DNA of 64,000 nucleotides, taken from the NCBI RefSeq assembly GCF_009914755.1, contig NC_060936.1; one strand, written 5' to 3'. The DNA comes from the human T2T-CHM13v2.0 reference genome, Homo sapiens. The notes under the pieces were generated by a model. It saw only the letters and a program-made list of their open reading frames with translations, did not search any database and was not told the DNA's origin. Positions 1 to 12,380 of the stretch are shown one piece after another (positions within the stretch are counted from its first letter, which is position 1; the number at the start of each line of letters is the position of its first letter). A program made the translations under genes and the position numbers.

Positions 1-269
1 ATCTCTGGCGTCGTTACTGGCCCCCAACCCTGGTCTACCTGCAGCCAGTTAGGACGCGCCAAGAGCCCACCTGCGCCGCCCGCAAAGCACGTGGGAGGGA
101 AACTGAGGCCCGGACAGTTCTTTTTCCACGCCCACGGAGCGCCGATCGCGGCCTGGGCCAGAAGGAGCTATACGGCAAAAAGGGGACTGCACGCCGAACC
201 CCATTCCCCGCCGGCTCCTGTTTTCTCGAATCTCCAGCGGCCCGGGCCCCCTCCCCCCGCGGGAAGAAT

Positions 270-278
270 ACTTACAGC
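270..278 (-). other. LRIG3: 5' splice donor of LRIG3 intron 1 (GCT|GTAAGT)
   Basis: Plus strand ACTTACAGC at 270-278 is a consensus GTAAGT donor right after the coding segment. Confidence 0.92.
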
Positions 279-511
279 CGAGCGACCCAGGACGGGAGTG
301 GCTCGGGAAGACGCGCTAGCCGCTTACGACTGCAGTCCAGCAGGTCCCCGAGGCAGCGGCAGGTAGTGGGGCATGGGCGCTCGGCGGCTACCCCAGAGGG
401 CTGCCCGAGTTCCCCGCGACCGCCGCTGTCGGACCGGCCAGCGCGCCCCAGCACCGCGCACAGCAGCAGCCCCAACCCCGCGGCGCGCGCACGGAGGCTC
501 GGCGCGCTCAT
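276..511 (-). CDS. LRIG3: LRIG3 first coding exon (signal peptide + LRRNT cap); gene continues off the left edge
   Basis: Translates MSAPSLRARAAGLGLLLCAVLGRAGRSDSGGRGELGQPSGVAAERPCPTTCRCLGDLLDCSRKRLARLPEPLPSWVAR(L): hydrophobic signal peptide and CPxxCxC...C LRRNT motif, recognised as the LRIG3 N-terminus. ATG (CAT at 509-511) in GCG-ATG context; 236 nt ending at CT|GTAAGT (phase 2). Confidence 0.95.
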
Positions 512-656
512 CGCGGTCCAGCGGCCTAGGTCTCTACCCGAAGCTCCCAGCCGGCGCGCGCTCGGGGCCCGGCACAAACTTCCAGCCGAGGGTGCACGCC
601 CGCCCTCGCGGTCGCGTGCGCGCTCCTCCCTCGCGCTGCCCGGTCAATTCCTTCTT

Positions 657-683
657 TTACTCCCGGCGGCGAAGCCCTTTCAT
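657..683 (-). other. Putative uORF MKGLRRRE* upstream of the LRIG3 start
   Basis: ATG at 683 (GGC-ATG-A, purine at -3) to TAA at 657-659; lies between the promoter motifs and the main ATG. TSS not determinable here. Confidence 0.5.
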
Positions 684-844
684 GCCCCCAAACAGCAGGA
701 GGGAAACCGAAAAGAACTGCCAACTGCAACAGAGTTGCAGCTTGAGCAGCGTCGGCTCGCCGAAGCCCCTTCTTGTCTGCAAAAGAAACTTTTTCGCCTC
801 CACCCCGCGGCACTGCGCCAAGTCCCCGCGCGGCGGAGTAGCAA

Positions 845-914
845 GGCGGGCGGGTAGAGGCCGACGCGCGCCCATTGGCCGACCCGGCTGCGGGCGTCCC
901 CATGGCCACGTGAC
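845..914. promoter_or_regulatory. Proximal promoter motifs: GC boxes, CCAAT box, E-box
   Basis: GGCGGGCGGG at 845-854; ATTGG at 874-878 (CCAAT on the LRIG3 strand); CACGTGAC at 907-914 (USF/TFE/MYC-type). Function inferred from motif and position only. Confidence 0.6.
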
Positions 915-2281
915 AATAACACCGCTCCAGCCGGGGGCCTACGCGCGGGAGAAAGTGGAGCTGAGATTGTAGGAAATTCAGAGTTATATTTTCCAGCCTC
1001 TCCAGCCAGAAGTCTCCACTACGTCGTGGGAAACATATATCAAATGGAGTTGAAAGGCAAAAGGAAGTGAGCAAATACTGGGCTAGTTCTCGGAGTTGGA
1101 GGTATTTAGGAGAACTTCAGGGAAGTAAAGTTTAATTAGCAGTGTTTTCAGGAAACTTTTCAATTCCAAATTAAAGACACTGATAAATTATCCTACCATC
1201 CACAGACGAAAGAGTGGTTTCAATGAAAACAGCTCTTTCAACGTTAATGCTGGTGGGTTTTCCCCCATACATCGGCTTCAAAAGTAAAAACAATAATAAA
1301 ACGTAAAACTCGTGGTTTTGGAAAGTGTATATTGAATTACAAATAGCCAGCCTTCGTGCACTGGATAAAGCTGGGCGGGGTGGGGGATGGGAGATGACCT
1401 TCTAATAGACCTCGATGGCAATCATAGATTCCTGGTAATAGTAATAATAAAAGTAGTCACAGTGACATTTCAAAGTAAAATGAAAACTAAGACCTTGGAG
1501 GAAAAAATTAGTATATGCACCTTGGTCCACTTGCGCTTTGAGTAATGACACATGTTGATTGAGAATGCTACCAGGGTAAAAGTACCTCCCGGCCTCCTCA
1601 GCTGGGGGAGTGGATGTTTGGGGCTGGATTCAGGCTACAGGACTTCCCAGTGAAGTTTGTTCCTTAACTTACAGGTGATCAGCGCCACAAGATGTTGAAA
1701 CTAATGGAGACCGCAGAGATCATGTGCTAAGGGGCCTTCCTCCTCTGGGTAAGGAAATAGACCTAGAGAACGTAACTAATGTGTTTGTTGCAAAAAAAAT
1801 AAAAATAAAAGCAAGACAGAAAACATGAACAAACCAAAAAACAAACCCTGGAAGCTTAAAGTAAGTTTTCACTTCTATACATTGTTTATTGCATGCTGTC
1901 TGCCCAAGCTTGTCTGTCCTTGGAGTTGCGTAAACTGCTCATGATTGAGGAGTGGAGATAGCTTGTGGAGTTGAGACTTTAACCCTGACTCTAAGGCCCA
2001 TTGATTTTTCACTGTAGCAAATCACTCCCACTTATGGGGGAAGGAAAAGACTCACTTTGAAGTTAACACACCCTATTTTAGATATGGTATCCCATTTTCT
2101 TATTTCCAGCTACCATTAACAACAACGCTACTACCTTTTTGGATGATGTATAATTATAATTAGAAAATATCTATAATGATGGCACCTTGGTTTTGAATTT
2201 ATGATTTTGTCTGCTTGGGAGTAGACAAAACACACTACAGTCATGGTAAGGATTTTCCAGCTCAGTATCCCCCATCTATTT

Positions 2282-2602
2282 TTATTTATTTTTTTTATTT
2301 TTTTATTTTTGAGATGGAGACACTCCAGTCTGTCACCCAGGCTGGAGTGGGGTGCAGTGATGCGATGTCGGCTCGCTGCAACCTCTACCCCCTGGGTTCA
2401 AGCAATTATCCTGCTTCAGCCTCCCAAGTAGCTGGGATTACAGGTGCCCACCACCACACCCGGCTAATTTTTTTGTATTTTTAGTGGAGACAGGGTTTCA
2501 CCATGTTGGCCAAGCTGGTTTCTAACTCCTGACCTCAGGCTATCCGCCCGCTTTGGCCTCCCAAAGTGTTGGGATTACAGGCGTGAGCCACCACACCCGG
2601 CC
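2282..2602 (-). mobile_element. AluS-type SINE
   Basis: Full dimer with poly(T) lead; TSD CCCCATCTATTT at 2270-2281 and 2603-2614. Confidence 0.95.
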
Positions 2603-2789
2603 CCCCATCTATTTCATACAAGGAAAATTAGGTATAATTCATTGAAGTTTTTAAAAAGAAGAAAGATTCCATTGTACACATGCCATTATGCATAAGCAAG
2701 GTAACATCAGTATGGAGGCTTGCTCTTGAGACATGAGACATATGACAGGGATATAAATGTGCTACCATTTTGGGGAGTTTTGGCTCATT

Positions 2790-3660
2790 TCCTTTTCTCG
2801 TTCTTTATTCTCCTTGTATAATTTCATCTTCTTCCATGAATTCCATTTACATTTACATGCTGACATATACAACATCCATATTTCAGCCCAGGTCTTTTTC
2901 CTAAACTCGAAATCCATATGTGCAATTACCCACAGGTCATTAAAAATTGGATGTTCAAATGTAACATGTCTAGAATTAAATTTCACCACCCTTGAAACTG
3001 ACTTGTTTCCTCCTGAATTCACTGTCTTAAAGAGTGGATACTTCCCTCCATCCAGATGAATGCCCCAGAAACCTGAAAGTCACCTTAACATTACTTCATT
3101 CTCACCACCACCACCACCACCACCAGAGTCAATCAATTAGCAAGTCATGTTAAAGCTAGCTCCTAAATCTATCTTCTCTCTGTAGAAATTATGCAAATCC
3201 AGACCACCAGCAGCTCTTGCCACCTATCAGGCATTCCACTGCTTTCTCCTCAGGGCAGTTAAGTGATATCTCTGAAGGTCAAATCTGAGCCTGTGACTCA
3301 ACTGACCAGTTCTTTTCTTGGGTTCCTAGTGTCTTGAGAATAAGGTTCAAATTCTTTAGAGTGACTTATACAGTTGTGTTTGTTTGTTTTGGCATTGAGC
3401 CTCTATTTATCTCTTTAATTCATTGTCTTTCATCATTTTTCTCCTACTCTAGGAGCTACTTGCAATTCTCTTCCCAGCTGTACTCTTGCCTTCAGCCCTC
3501 TTGCAAATGGTTCTTCTGTCCAAATCATTCTCTGCTCCTTCTTCTGCCTGGTTGATGGCATTCCTTCTTTGGCAAACACTTCCCTGAGTCAGGTTTAACT
3601 ATCTATACCTCCAGTATACTTCCAGCACATCAGTATTGACTGGAATGTAATAGACCATTT
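2790..3660 (+). mobile_element. L2 LINE relic
   Basis: Degenerate pyrimidine-rich L2 motifs (ccagaaacctgaaagtcacctt, caaatctgagcctgtgactc); approximate ends. Confidence 0.6.
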
Positions 3661-4442
3661 TCACTCTAACCCCCAGGTAATACTACAGAATTTTCCGATA
3701 ACCATGTATTCCTTATCGCCTTTAAGGGTTTTACCAGCTATTGTGAAGTTAAATTACCTAAGTTTTCAGTACCCCAGTTTCTCAGTCTGTAAGTTGGGAA
3801 TACAATAAAAAACGATCTTATCTGGCTGGCTTCCATTTATCAGTTACTGGATTAGCAGTCACTCTGTTCTCTCTGTACAACCTGACTGATGCCTATGACC
3901 AGCTGAAATCTAGAAACTACCAGCCTCTCCTTAGAACAGCCTTTGCATATTTGCTCCTACCTGTCAGGTGCTGATCCACAGTAGTTACAGACTTGTTTAT
4001 ATATATTATTAATGTTACACAATATTGTGTAAACCAAATACAAGTGCAACAAGAAAATACCTTTATTTCTATGATAATGAATTTGAAGGTTGGGAAAGAT
4101 TCTTTAAAGGTAATCGATAAAACAATGCTATCCAATTAGATGAAGATAAGACAGTTGTAAATATGGGAGGAGGAGATTACAAATATCTAGGAGATTTTTT
4201 TGGAAAGGTTACTTTGCAAGTAAGATCTTGTTCCACTTTAATTGTATTTGGGAATTAATCAACAGAGGACGTTTTATGGGTGTGGCTTAAGCTTACTCAG
4301 AACTTAATGGGATCATTGAGAGAGTAAAAGAGGATGACATGGAAAGAATACAGCGCACATTAAAAATCACTGTTCTACATTTCGATATGTGCTTAACCAT
4401 GTGGTCAATACAAAGGGGAACTAGTCCTACATGAAAACTTAA

Positions 4443-4784
4443 TTTTTTTATTTTTATTTTTTTGAGACAGGGTCTCACTCTGTCACCTAGGCTGAAATGC
4501 AGTGGCGGGATATTGGCTCACTGCAGCCTCAACTTCCTGGGCTCAGGCGATCCTCCCACTTCAGCCTCCTGAATAGCTGGGACCACAGGCGCATGCCACC
4601 ATACCAGTCTAATTTTTGTATTTTTAATATATGTATATATAGATATATATATATAGAGAGAGAGAGAGATGGCGTTTAACCATGTTGTCCAGTCTGGTCT
4701 CGAACTCCTGGGCTCAAGAAATCCATCTACTCGTTTCGGCATCCCAAAGTGCTGGAATTACAGGCATGAGCCACCTGCCTGGCT
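4443..4784 (-). mobile_element. AluJ-type SINE with (TA)n(GA)n expansion in the middle linker
   Basis: AluJ-type motifs (gggctcaggcgatcctcccac); microsatellite at ~4628-4669. Confidence 0.9.
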
Positions 4785-5109
4785 GAAACTTTACATCAAT
4801 GTAATATTTTCACAGGCTTCTCAAACCTTTCATGAACCACAGGGCAGAGAGAACTTCCACTGGGTATCCATCTGGGCAGATGAGAACTAATATCTTTTGA
4901 GGTCCCTTACAGCTCTGTTCTGATTCCTTTACAGTATATAGAAAATAGGCGTGAAGGCAGAGTGACAGCAAAGATAGTTGTAATAGAGGAAGAAGAGGTA
5001 CATAAAATTCTGTTTAATCTCCCAAAATGTATCAGGGAATAACAGTGACCTAGAAACAGGATTAATGTATCACTGAATTCTCTGATACTCTTATGATGTC
5101 ATTTTCTTG

Positions 5110-5112
<3 letters not shown>

Positions 5113-5143
<31 letters not shown>
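5113..5143. repeat. (CA)n microsatellite
   Basis: Direct read. Confidence 0.95.
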
Positions 5144-5146
<3 letters not shown>

Positions 5147-7769
5147 GACACAGTGCTATCAAATGTTGAATCTCAGTTTTTGTGGATAATGGCTTACAAA
5201 TAAGAATTTAGTATGAGAAAGTCAAATTCATTTTGACCAGAGGTCTTTTAACATTTGAAATAAAATGAGATAAGATGTTGGATTTCTCTACTCCTTCAGA
5301 GGTTTACACTGGTTAACCAGGTAGTTGGAAGTTAGCTTTCCATTGGAAATTGCTGAGATCACACCAGACAGTTTCTCGTTTCCAGCTGTGTCCCAGTGAA
5401 TGGCAAGTTTCATCCATTTTCAAAAGGGTCTCCTACCACCCATTTTGTGGTGAGCATAACCCAATCCCAGTGCTCTTTTTAGTTTTCCTGGTCTTTTTTC
5501 TTTCTCTGGCAAGTGTGAGACTTTCTTATCTTGAGTGCTGGCAAGGCCAGTGACTCACCGATAAAAAGTAATAGAGGTGCTAAACTGTCAGTTTTAACAT
5601 CCAAGGACAAGAATGAAAGCTAAACACTCAGTACTTGCTTTATCATTACAATGAATGACACAGTTTGTGTAAGTGGGAGCTGTGAAAAGGGAAAAGAGAT
5701 AAGGCAAAGGAGGAAGAAAAGCACAAAAATCCCCAGATAATGATGCCAAAAGCAAATGTTGCTGTACTTTGTAACTTAACCATATCTTTTCCCATTCATT
5801 AAGGCATTTTAGAAGAAATAGATAACCTTCCTTTCTCTCTCTCTCTCTCACACACACATACAAACACACAAAATGCACAGCTTCACTTAGAGAGCAGATT
5901 ACTTTACACAACCCCTGCTATGAACATGTCTTAACTTTCAGAAAATATTTAGAAAAATAAAGATAGCCACCCATCTGTTTTTCTCAAGTTGGCCAACTGT
6001 GTGATATTATTTGAATTGAAAACAAACAGTGTTATCTCAACTGCAAATTAATATATGCTATTTTGTATTTTACTCATTTCCCATGTCACCGTCTGGGAAT
6101 AATGTGAGCTCTGAGGAAAACTCATACTGTAGACAACACTGGATATCCTGGAAATCATTTTGGAGCTGCTGGGAGTCTGGAGATGGGGTAGGGAATGGGA
6201 AAAGGGGGAGGGCGCCTTCAGCTTCCACCAGACCCTCCTTAAGGCAGAGTGTCCTTCCCAGCAGTAGAGCCTTTGAGTGGTCTCCAGTTTTCCCATTCCT
6301 TTGAGAACCTCAGAACACTTTCTCTTCTTTTTCCAATCCTTGCTTCTTCTTCTTCTCTTTTTTTTTTCTGTAGCCAGCTGCAATCCTAAAACTCCACTGA
6401 GAATCTCAACTCATGTCAAATAGCCTACCCTGTCAGGAATACAGAAATCTAAATGCTTGAAAAATTGTCAGAGAAGAAGCGGGGTGGTCAGAAGGTGAAA
6501 TGCTGTAACTTTGGATTTCCTCACACTTCTATGCTCCATTTTTCTCACCTGTAAAATCCAGTGAAAAATGATACCTTGCTGTACCGTAGTACAATATTTT
6601 GTAACTATAACGTCCCATATAGATTCTAGTTCCTATTACTTCCAAATTGCTGTTTTCATTATTCAGGGAGACAAAGTGAGTGCGCTACGGAAACATCCCA
6701 CTGCTGAGATTAATTTCCAATGGAATGTTGGGATTAAGTAAACCTTCAACTATTAATATAAAATAGAATGAGGAAAATAATATTTAATTTTAAAATGAAA
6801 ACAAAACTTAAACCACTTTTAACCTTAATACAAGGCTCTAAATCTGTCTGTTATGACAGCATACTGTACATATTCTGAGATTTTTTTTTTTAGTAGGAAT
6901 TTTATTATGCCATCTCAAGAAGTTACTGCATAACTCAATTTGTTATGACTTATGCCATGAGTTCAGAAAGAATCATTAGGCATATTTACTAAAAAGACTT
7001 ATATATCCCTCCTGGGAACTTTTTGCAGAATGTTTTTCTCCCACTTCTTGGATGAACAGTTGGCCTATGCACTATTCTAAGAATTAATTTGCATTTCAGA
7101 ACCATGAGAGCACTTATACATGAGTTATTTATTGCTTTTATTTATAGTTTCATCCTCTTACACATATTACATTTACCCAGGCCTGACTATCAAATTATTA
7201 AGGTGACTTTGTCATAAACATTGTCAGAATCAAGTTCCCTGCACTGAAAGCTCTGCTTCTGTCCCTAAATATAAGGATTGCTATCGAGTTACAATATGAT
7301 TCCACATATGTATTTTCAAATAGACAGTGAGGGATAATTTTGGTGGAATGGGGTCAGTTTCAGCAAGATGCTGTGCACCTGTCACAGTACGGACAGTACG
7401 GATACTTCCTTGATAACATCTTAAAATTTAGCCCAAAGCTTTCCACACTTCTGCTATGTGTATACATCCATGCAGAAAGATTTCCGCTGAAATACTGACG
7501 TGGAGCGTGAAGATGCTCTGCAAGAACACCTCACTCATCTGCTTGCCCCAGGCACAACTGTGACTACAGCAGGAAACCTCTTCTGCTCCCACAGCAGTTA
7601 TTTCAGACTTGAAAAACTTTTTTTTCAGTCAGAACATTCATCTTTACAGCCCACATAAATAAACTTCTGCTCTCTTGTCATTTGAATATGTTTGATCTAT
7701 TTTTATCCTGGGCAAAATCGAAGCTGTCACCAGCAATATTCCTTAGCTATCTCTTTGCAAATTAAATAA

Positions 7770-8078
<309 letters not shown>

Positions 8079-8309
8079 TAATAGTTACAATTATTTTAAA
8101 CACTTTTGCATGAACACTACTGTTCTTCTATCTCACACTCTTATGTGTATCAGGGATGTCTTTCTGCTTATGTGCCTTATAGAAATGAATATGGAGACAT
8201 TGAGGTATGAGGCCCTTTCAGCTATACAAATGATATTTGACATTTATCAAGCTCTTATTACTCTTACTATTCTCTAGATATTTGATATTATTAACTAATT
8301 TATTTTTTA

Positions 8310-8460
8310 TAATCACCTTCTAAGTTATTATCCCCACATTACCAGATAAGGAAACAGAGGGATGGAGATGCTAAGGAATTTACCTGTGATGGAGTTGGGA
8401 TACAAACTCAGTCAACCTGACCTCACAGTGTACCCCTTGACCACTATGCTACGCTGCTTT
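8310..8460 (-). mobile_element. MIR relic
   Basis: Core-like tatccccacatt...cagataaggaaacagagg and end-like ttgaccactatgct. Confidence 0.65.
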
Positions 8461-10489
8461 CCACTAGAGTCAGAAGAAGCAAGGATTTTCACTGTCTTCC
8501 TTAGTGCTAAAAAGGAGTTTCCAGTAGATTGAAAACAATAAGGAAAGTATGGACCTTGCCTGGTTTTTTGAAGGTGGTCAGTTGCAATCACTCCCCCTCC
8601 TTTTTTTCCTCCTTTCCTCATTGATCCAAAAAAGATTCATTTTATGCAGATGTATGAATCAATCACTTTAGGGTCCGATTTGTGAAGGTTGATGTCCTGC
8701 CCAGATATCAGAGTAGTGCTCCGAATCTAACCATTAGAGATGAACTATGGGGTTCAGACATTACTGTCTTTCTGAAGTCCTCTTTGGCAATATCAATATA
8801 CCCTTACCTCCAGGAGTGTTACATAAGGTATCATTGACATTTTAGGGTCAGTGTTCTATAAAACTAAGTTTGGCTCACAGGAGAACCTAGGTGGTTGGTA
8901 ATCAGAAGAGGAAAAGGATGCAGAAAGGGAAACAGGCTTTTCTTTCTTCACAGTTTTGTCTAGGGCTGCACCTAATTAGGGGAACCATGAATGGGGTGCA
9001 TGTGGTCCCACAAGTCCAGGGAAATGAAATATTAATGCTAGAGATTGTTTTTACTGTTGAGATACTTCACATGTGGTAACAGAATTTTTCTTTTTGTTTA
9101 TGGGCAAATGCTAATTTTTATGCTTTTCTAACTTCTGAACAGTATAAGGAAAAAATTTTAAACAAAAGTGTCCCAAATTGGCTGAGTTTAAATTCTAGTT
9201 TCCCATTCAGCTTTTTATGTTTTGAGGCTGAGCTTCAAGTCCACTGCCAAAGGAACATCTCAGAGGCTTCCGTTCTTTAGGAGACTACCTGAGTCATCTC
9301 AGTGAGGCTTGAGTTAGAATCTTCCCTCAAATTCAGACACAACACAAATTCTAAAAGTCATTATATTCACTTAAGTTATATTCATTGTCTTAATTTATAC
9401 TTAAGCCATTCAGTAACATGATAAATACTTTCTGCTATGAGTAACACAATACACCTACTAGAATTCTGATAAAATCTATATTTTCTGATAAGAGAAAGTA
9501 CTAGAGACATATACTCCTTGTGTTAAAAGCTGTGAATTCATTTTTGAATTTTTATTATCATCCAATATTGAGAGCTCTAATTATGATTTTATCAGTCTAT
9601 GCACAAAAGTAATTCATATAAAAGTGTATCTAATTTTTCAGATATATAAAAAATATGTTCTTAAAAGTAAAGCTTATTTGGGCAGTTAGTCCTAGAATAT
9701 TAAATTATTTAATGTAATGGTAATATTTTTTAAAGCCAAGGCATCTTAACAGTAGGAATTTGGATAAAACATTTATTTCACCTAATGAAAATACAATATG
9801 AGGAAGTTAACGGAAACATGAATAATTAATTGCATTAAATGTCGGTAGGTCTGTTCGAAAAGGATTCTATAGCATTAACAGTTGATGGACATTTTCTTGA
9901 AGTTTGTGATTATTCATTTAAATTGATAAGCTTGTGAAGTAAACAAGAAAATATACTATGTTTTTACCATAACTTTTGATCTTTTTCTATAGTGTTCATG
10001 ACAAATGTCTCAAGGTGAGGATAGTATTCTCCATCATGTTAATAATTATACTTGAGTTCTGGTGATCTAAGACAAGAATGGTGGAAACAAAATTATGCAT
10101 AATTTGAACATACTGATAGCAGCCACTAAAGCTCTTTCTAAAAGTTTTGCCCTAGGCAAGTTTTTAAAAATCATCTTTTATAAAATCACTCAAATGTAGT
10201 ATTCTTGCCTCCATTAAAAATAGCTTCAATATCCTAAGGCAATCCATATTTGGTAACTATAGTTACATCTTTAAGTTGCATTTTATATGTGACTAGATCT
10301 GAGATTAAGAGCTGTCAGCTTCTTATAACTCTGATATTTAAAGGAAAAAAGTTTAGGTCAGAGAATCTTTAAAATATCTTTCATCTTTTATCCTCCTTAA
10401 TTATGAAACTTTATCCTGAATATGATTCCTCTGTCTGCAGTTTAGAAGGCACAACACACTAAGATAAAATTGAACAATTTATAGATGAT

Positions 10490-10711
10490 AGTGGTTCTCC
10501 AAGGATGATCAGTGTAAATCTAGCATCAGACATGGAGGAGGATTATTAAACACAAAAACTATTCAAGCCAGGTATGGTGGCTCATGCCCGTAATCCCAGC
10601 ACTTTGCATTGCCGAGGTGGGAGGATCACTTGAGGCTAGGAATTCGAGGTTATGATGAGCCATGATCATGGCACTGCACTCCAGCCTGGGTGACAGTGAC
10701 CCTGTCTCTAA

Positions 10712-10756
<45 letters not shown>

Positions 10757-10860
10757 CCAGAAAGACTATTTGGCTCTTTCCCAACTTACTGAATTAGATA
10801 TTCTACAGATGGGTTCTGGGGATCTGCAGTTTAACACACCCTCCAAAATTTGAGAATCTG
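10490..10860. mobile_element. MER5-type hAT-Charlie relic interrupted by an Alu monomer
   Basis: Terminus agtggttctc at 10490; tactgaattagat...gatctgcagtttaaca...tttgagaa at the other end. Confidence 0.6.
10566..10756 (+). mobile_element. Alu monomer (FRAM-like or left/right chimera) with (AAT)n tail
   Basis: Left-arm-like start (ctcatgcccgtaatcccagcactttg) joined to a right-arm end (cactgcactccagcctggg...ccctgtctc); tail is an AAT repeat. Confidence 0.85.
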
Positions 10861-11399
10861 CAAGTTGCTACTCTGGAATTGTGAGGAACAAGTTCTATTA
10901 CCATGTAGCTCTTCTTATGCTTTCTTTCCATGGGTGATGAAATGCTAAACGTGCATAAACTCTTCTCTTTTTCCATCTTATTCCATCAAAGAATATAGAT
11001 GAATCTTAAGGAATACAGAAAAAGACACTCTGATTCTATCTTGAGTAATCATCATAGCCTGGACAAGTTTGGAAATTTGGAGAAAGGCGGAGGGATATTT
11101 ACTGGACAAGAATACCTTCTGTGATGTGAAGGAATAGATACTTATATGGTAAATAACCATGAAGAATCTGCTGCTGTACAAACTAATTTGTACAGTCAGC
11201 CAGCACAGAAATATCAGATATCCACATAGCAGCAGGCCACATCATTCACTTGTCTATTTATGCAACTGACAAAAGGAGAATCATTTAACTGAAAGTTATG
11301 AAAAATCTAGAGATAAGGAAATTCCTATGTATATTTTTATTGTAACACTTGTTAGGGGTGTGTGTGTGTGTGTATGTGTGTGTGTGTGTTGGTTGGTTT

Positions 11400-12380
11400 A
11401 TTTCCAGTGATGTGAATTCCTTGCATCTTGAGTCCAGGGCCTGTCTTAATGATCTGAATACCCATCTCAGCTAGTAGTATCACTTTTTATCCACTCACCC
11501 AAATTCTTACGGATCTTCCTCACTCCTCTCTTTCTCTCACAGTTTCCAACCCACCTCCCACCTCAGCAAGCTCTGTCAGCTCTACTTTCAAAATACATAC
11601 TGATTCTGACCAGTGTCAACACCTCCACTCCCACCACCCTGTTTCAGCCATCATCGTCTTTCACCAGAATTAATGGGAAAGCCCCTTACCCCATCTCTGA
11701 TACTAGTCTCAAATCCTGTAATCATTTCTTCACAAAGCAACCCATGTCTCCTGGTTAAGCATGGACCAGATTCCGCTGCTCTCCCACTCTGAATCTTCCC
11801 ATGGTTTCTTTCACACTTGGAATAAAATCCAGAGGTTTGCCTGAGGTCTACCAGGCCCCACAGGATCCATTTGCTTTCTCAACCTTATCTCCCCCTGGAA
11901 ATACCACACTTGCTCCCCTTCCTTTTATTTCTGGCACATACCAAGGCTATTATCATCTGAGGCCAGTTGCCCTTGCTGTTCATTCCACCTGGAACGCCAG
12001 AGCCTCATGCCTCATTGTCGCCTCCTTAAGGCCTCTTTTCAAATTTCGCTTTCCAACGAAACTTTCCTAACCACATCTTCAAAATAGCTTTCTTCCTCTC
12101 CCTGCCTCCAGGCAATCTCTAGTCCTTCTGGGACTTATTTTTCTTCTTTGTATTACCACTATCTGAAATTATATCTGTATTTTGTATTGTTTATGCCCTC
12201 CACCAGAATATAAGCCCCGCAGAGTAGGAACTTGGTCCTGTTTACCACTGAAACTCCATGCCCAGAGCAATGCCAGCCATGCTGTAGTAATCAACAAAAC
12301 CTTATAGAATGTCTAATCCCCAGCGCTGACACATAACCAGAGCTTCACATATCTATGCTGAGGGTCTAAATGAATGAATA
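11400..12380 (+). mobile_element. L2 LINE 3' region
   Basis: Typical L2 motifs (gctctactttcaaaatacatac, cttgctgttcattccacctggaacgc, ccaccagaatataagcccc, aatgaatgaat). Confidence 0.75.

Larger units (their letters stand above)
1..970. promoter_or_regulatory. CpG island covering the LRIG3 promoter, exon 1 and start of intron 1
   Basis: Very GC-rich with dense CpG (CGCG runs); abrupt change to AT-rich, CpG-poor DNA after ~970. Confidence 0.92.

Noticed and set aside
512-577. 22-aa N-terminal extension of LRIG3 in the ORF track
   Set aside because: Begins at a TTG; the ATG at 511 gives a proper signal peptide.
874-912. ER-stress element (ERSE or ERSE-II)
   Set aside because: ATTGG and CCACG are both present, but the spacing fits neither CCAAT-N9-CCACG nor ATTGG-N-CCACG.
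366-972. Plus-strand ORFs of 163 and 199 aa, and the minus-strand 182-aa ORF (526-1074)
   Set aside because: Arg/Pro/Ala-rich with no domain; expected from stop-codon scarcity in a CpG island overlapping LRIG3 exon 1.
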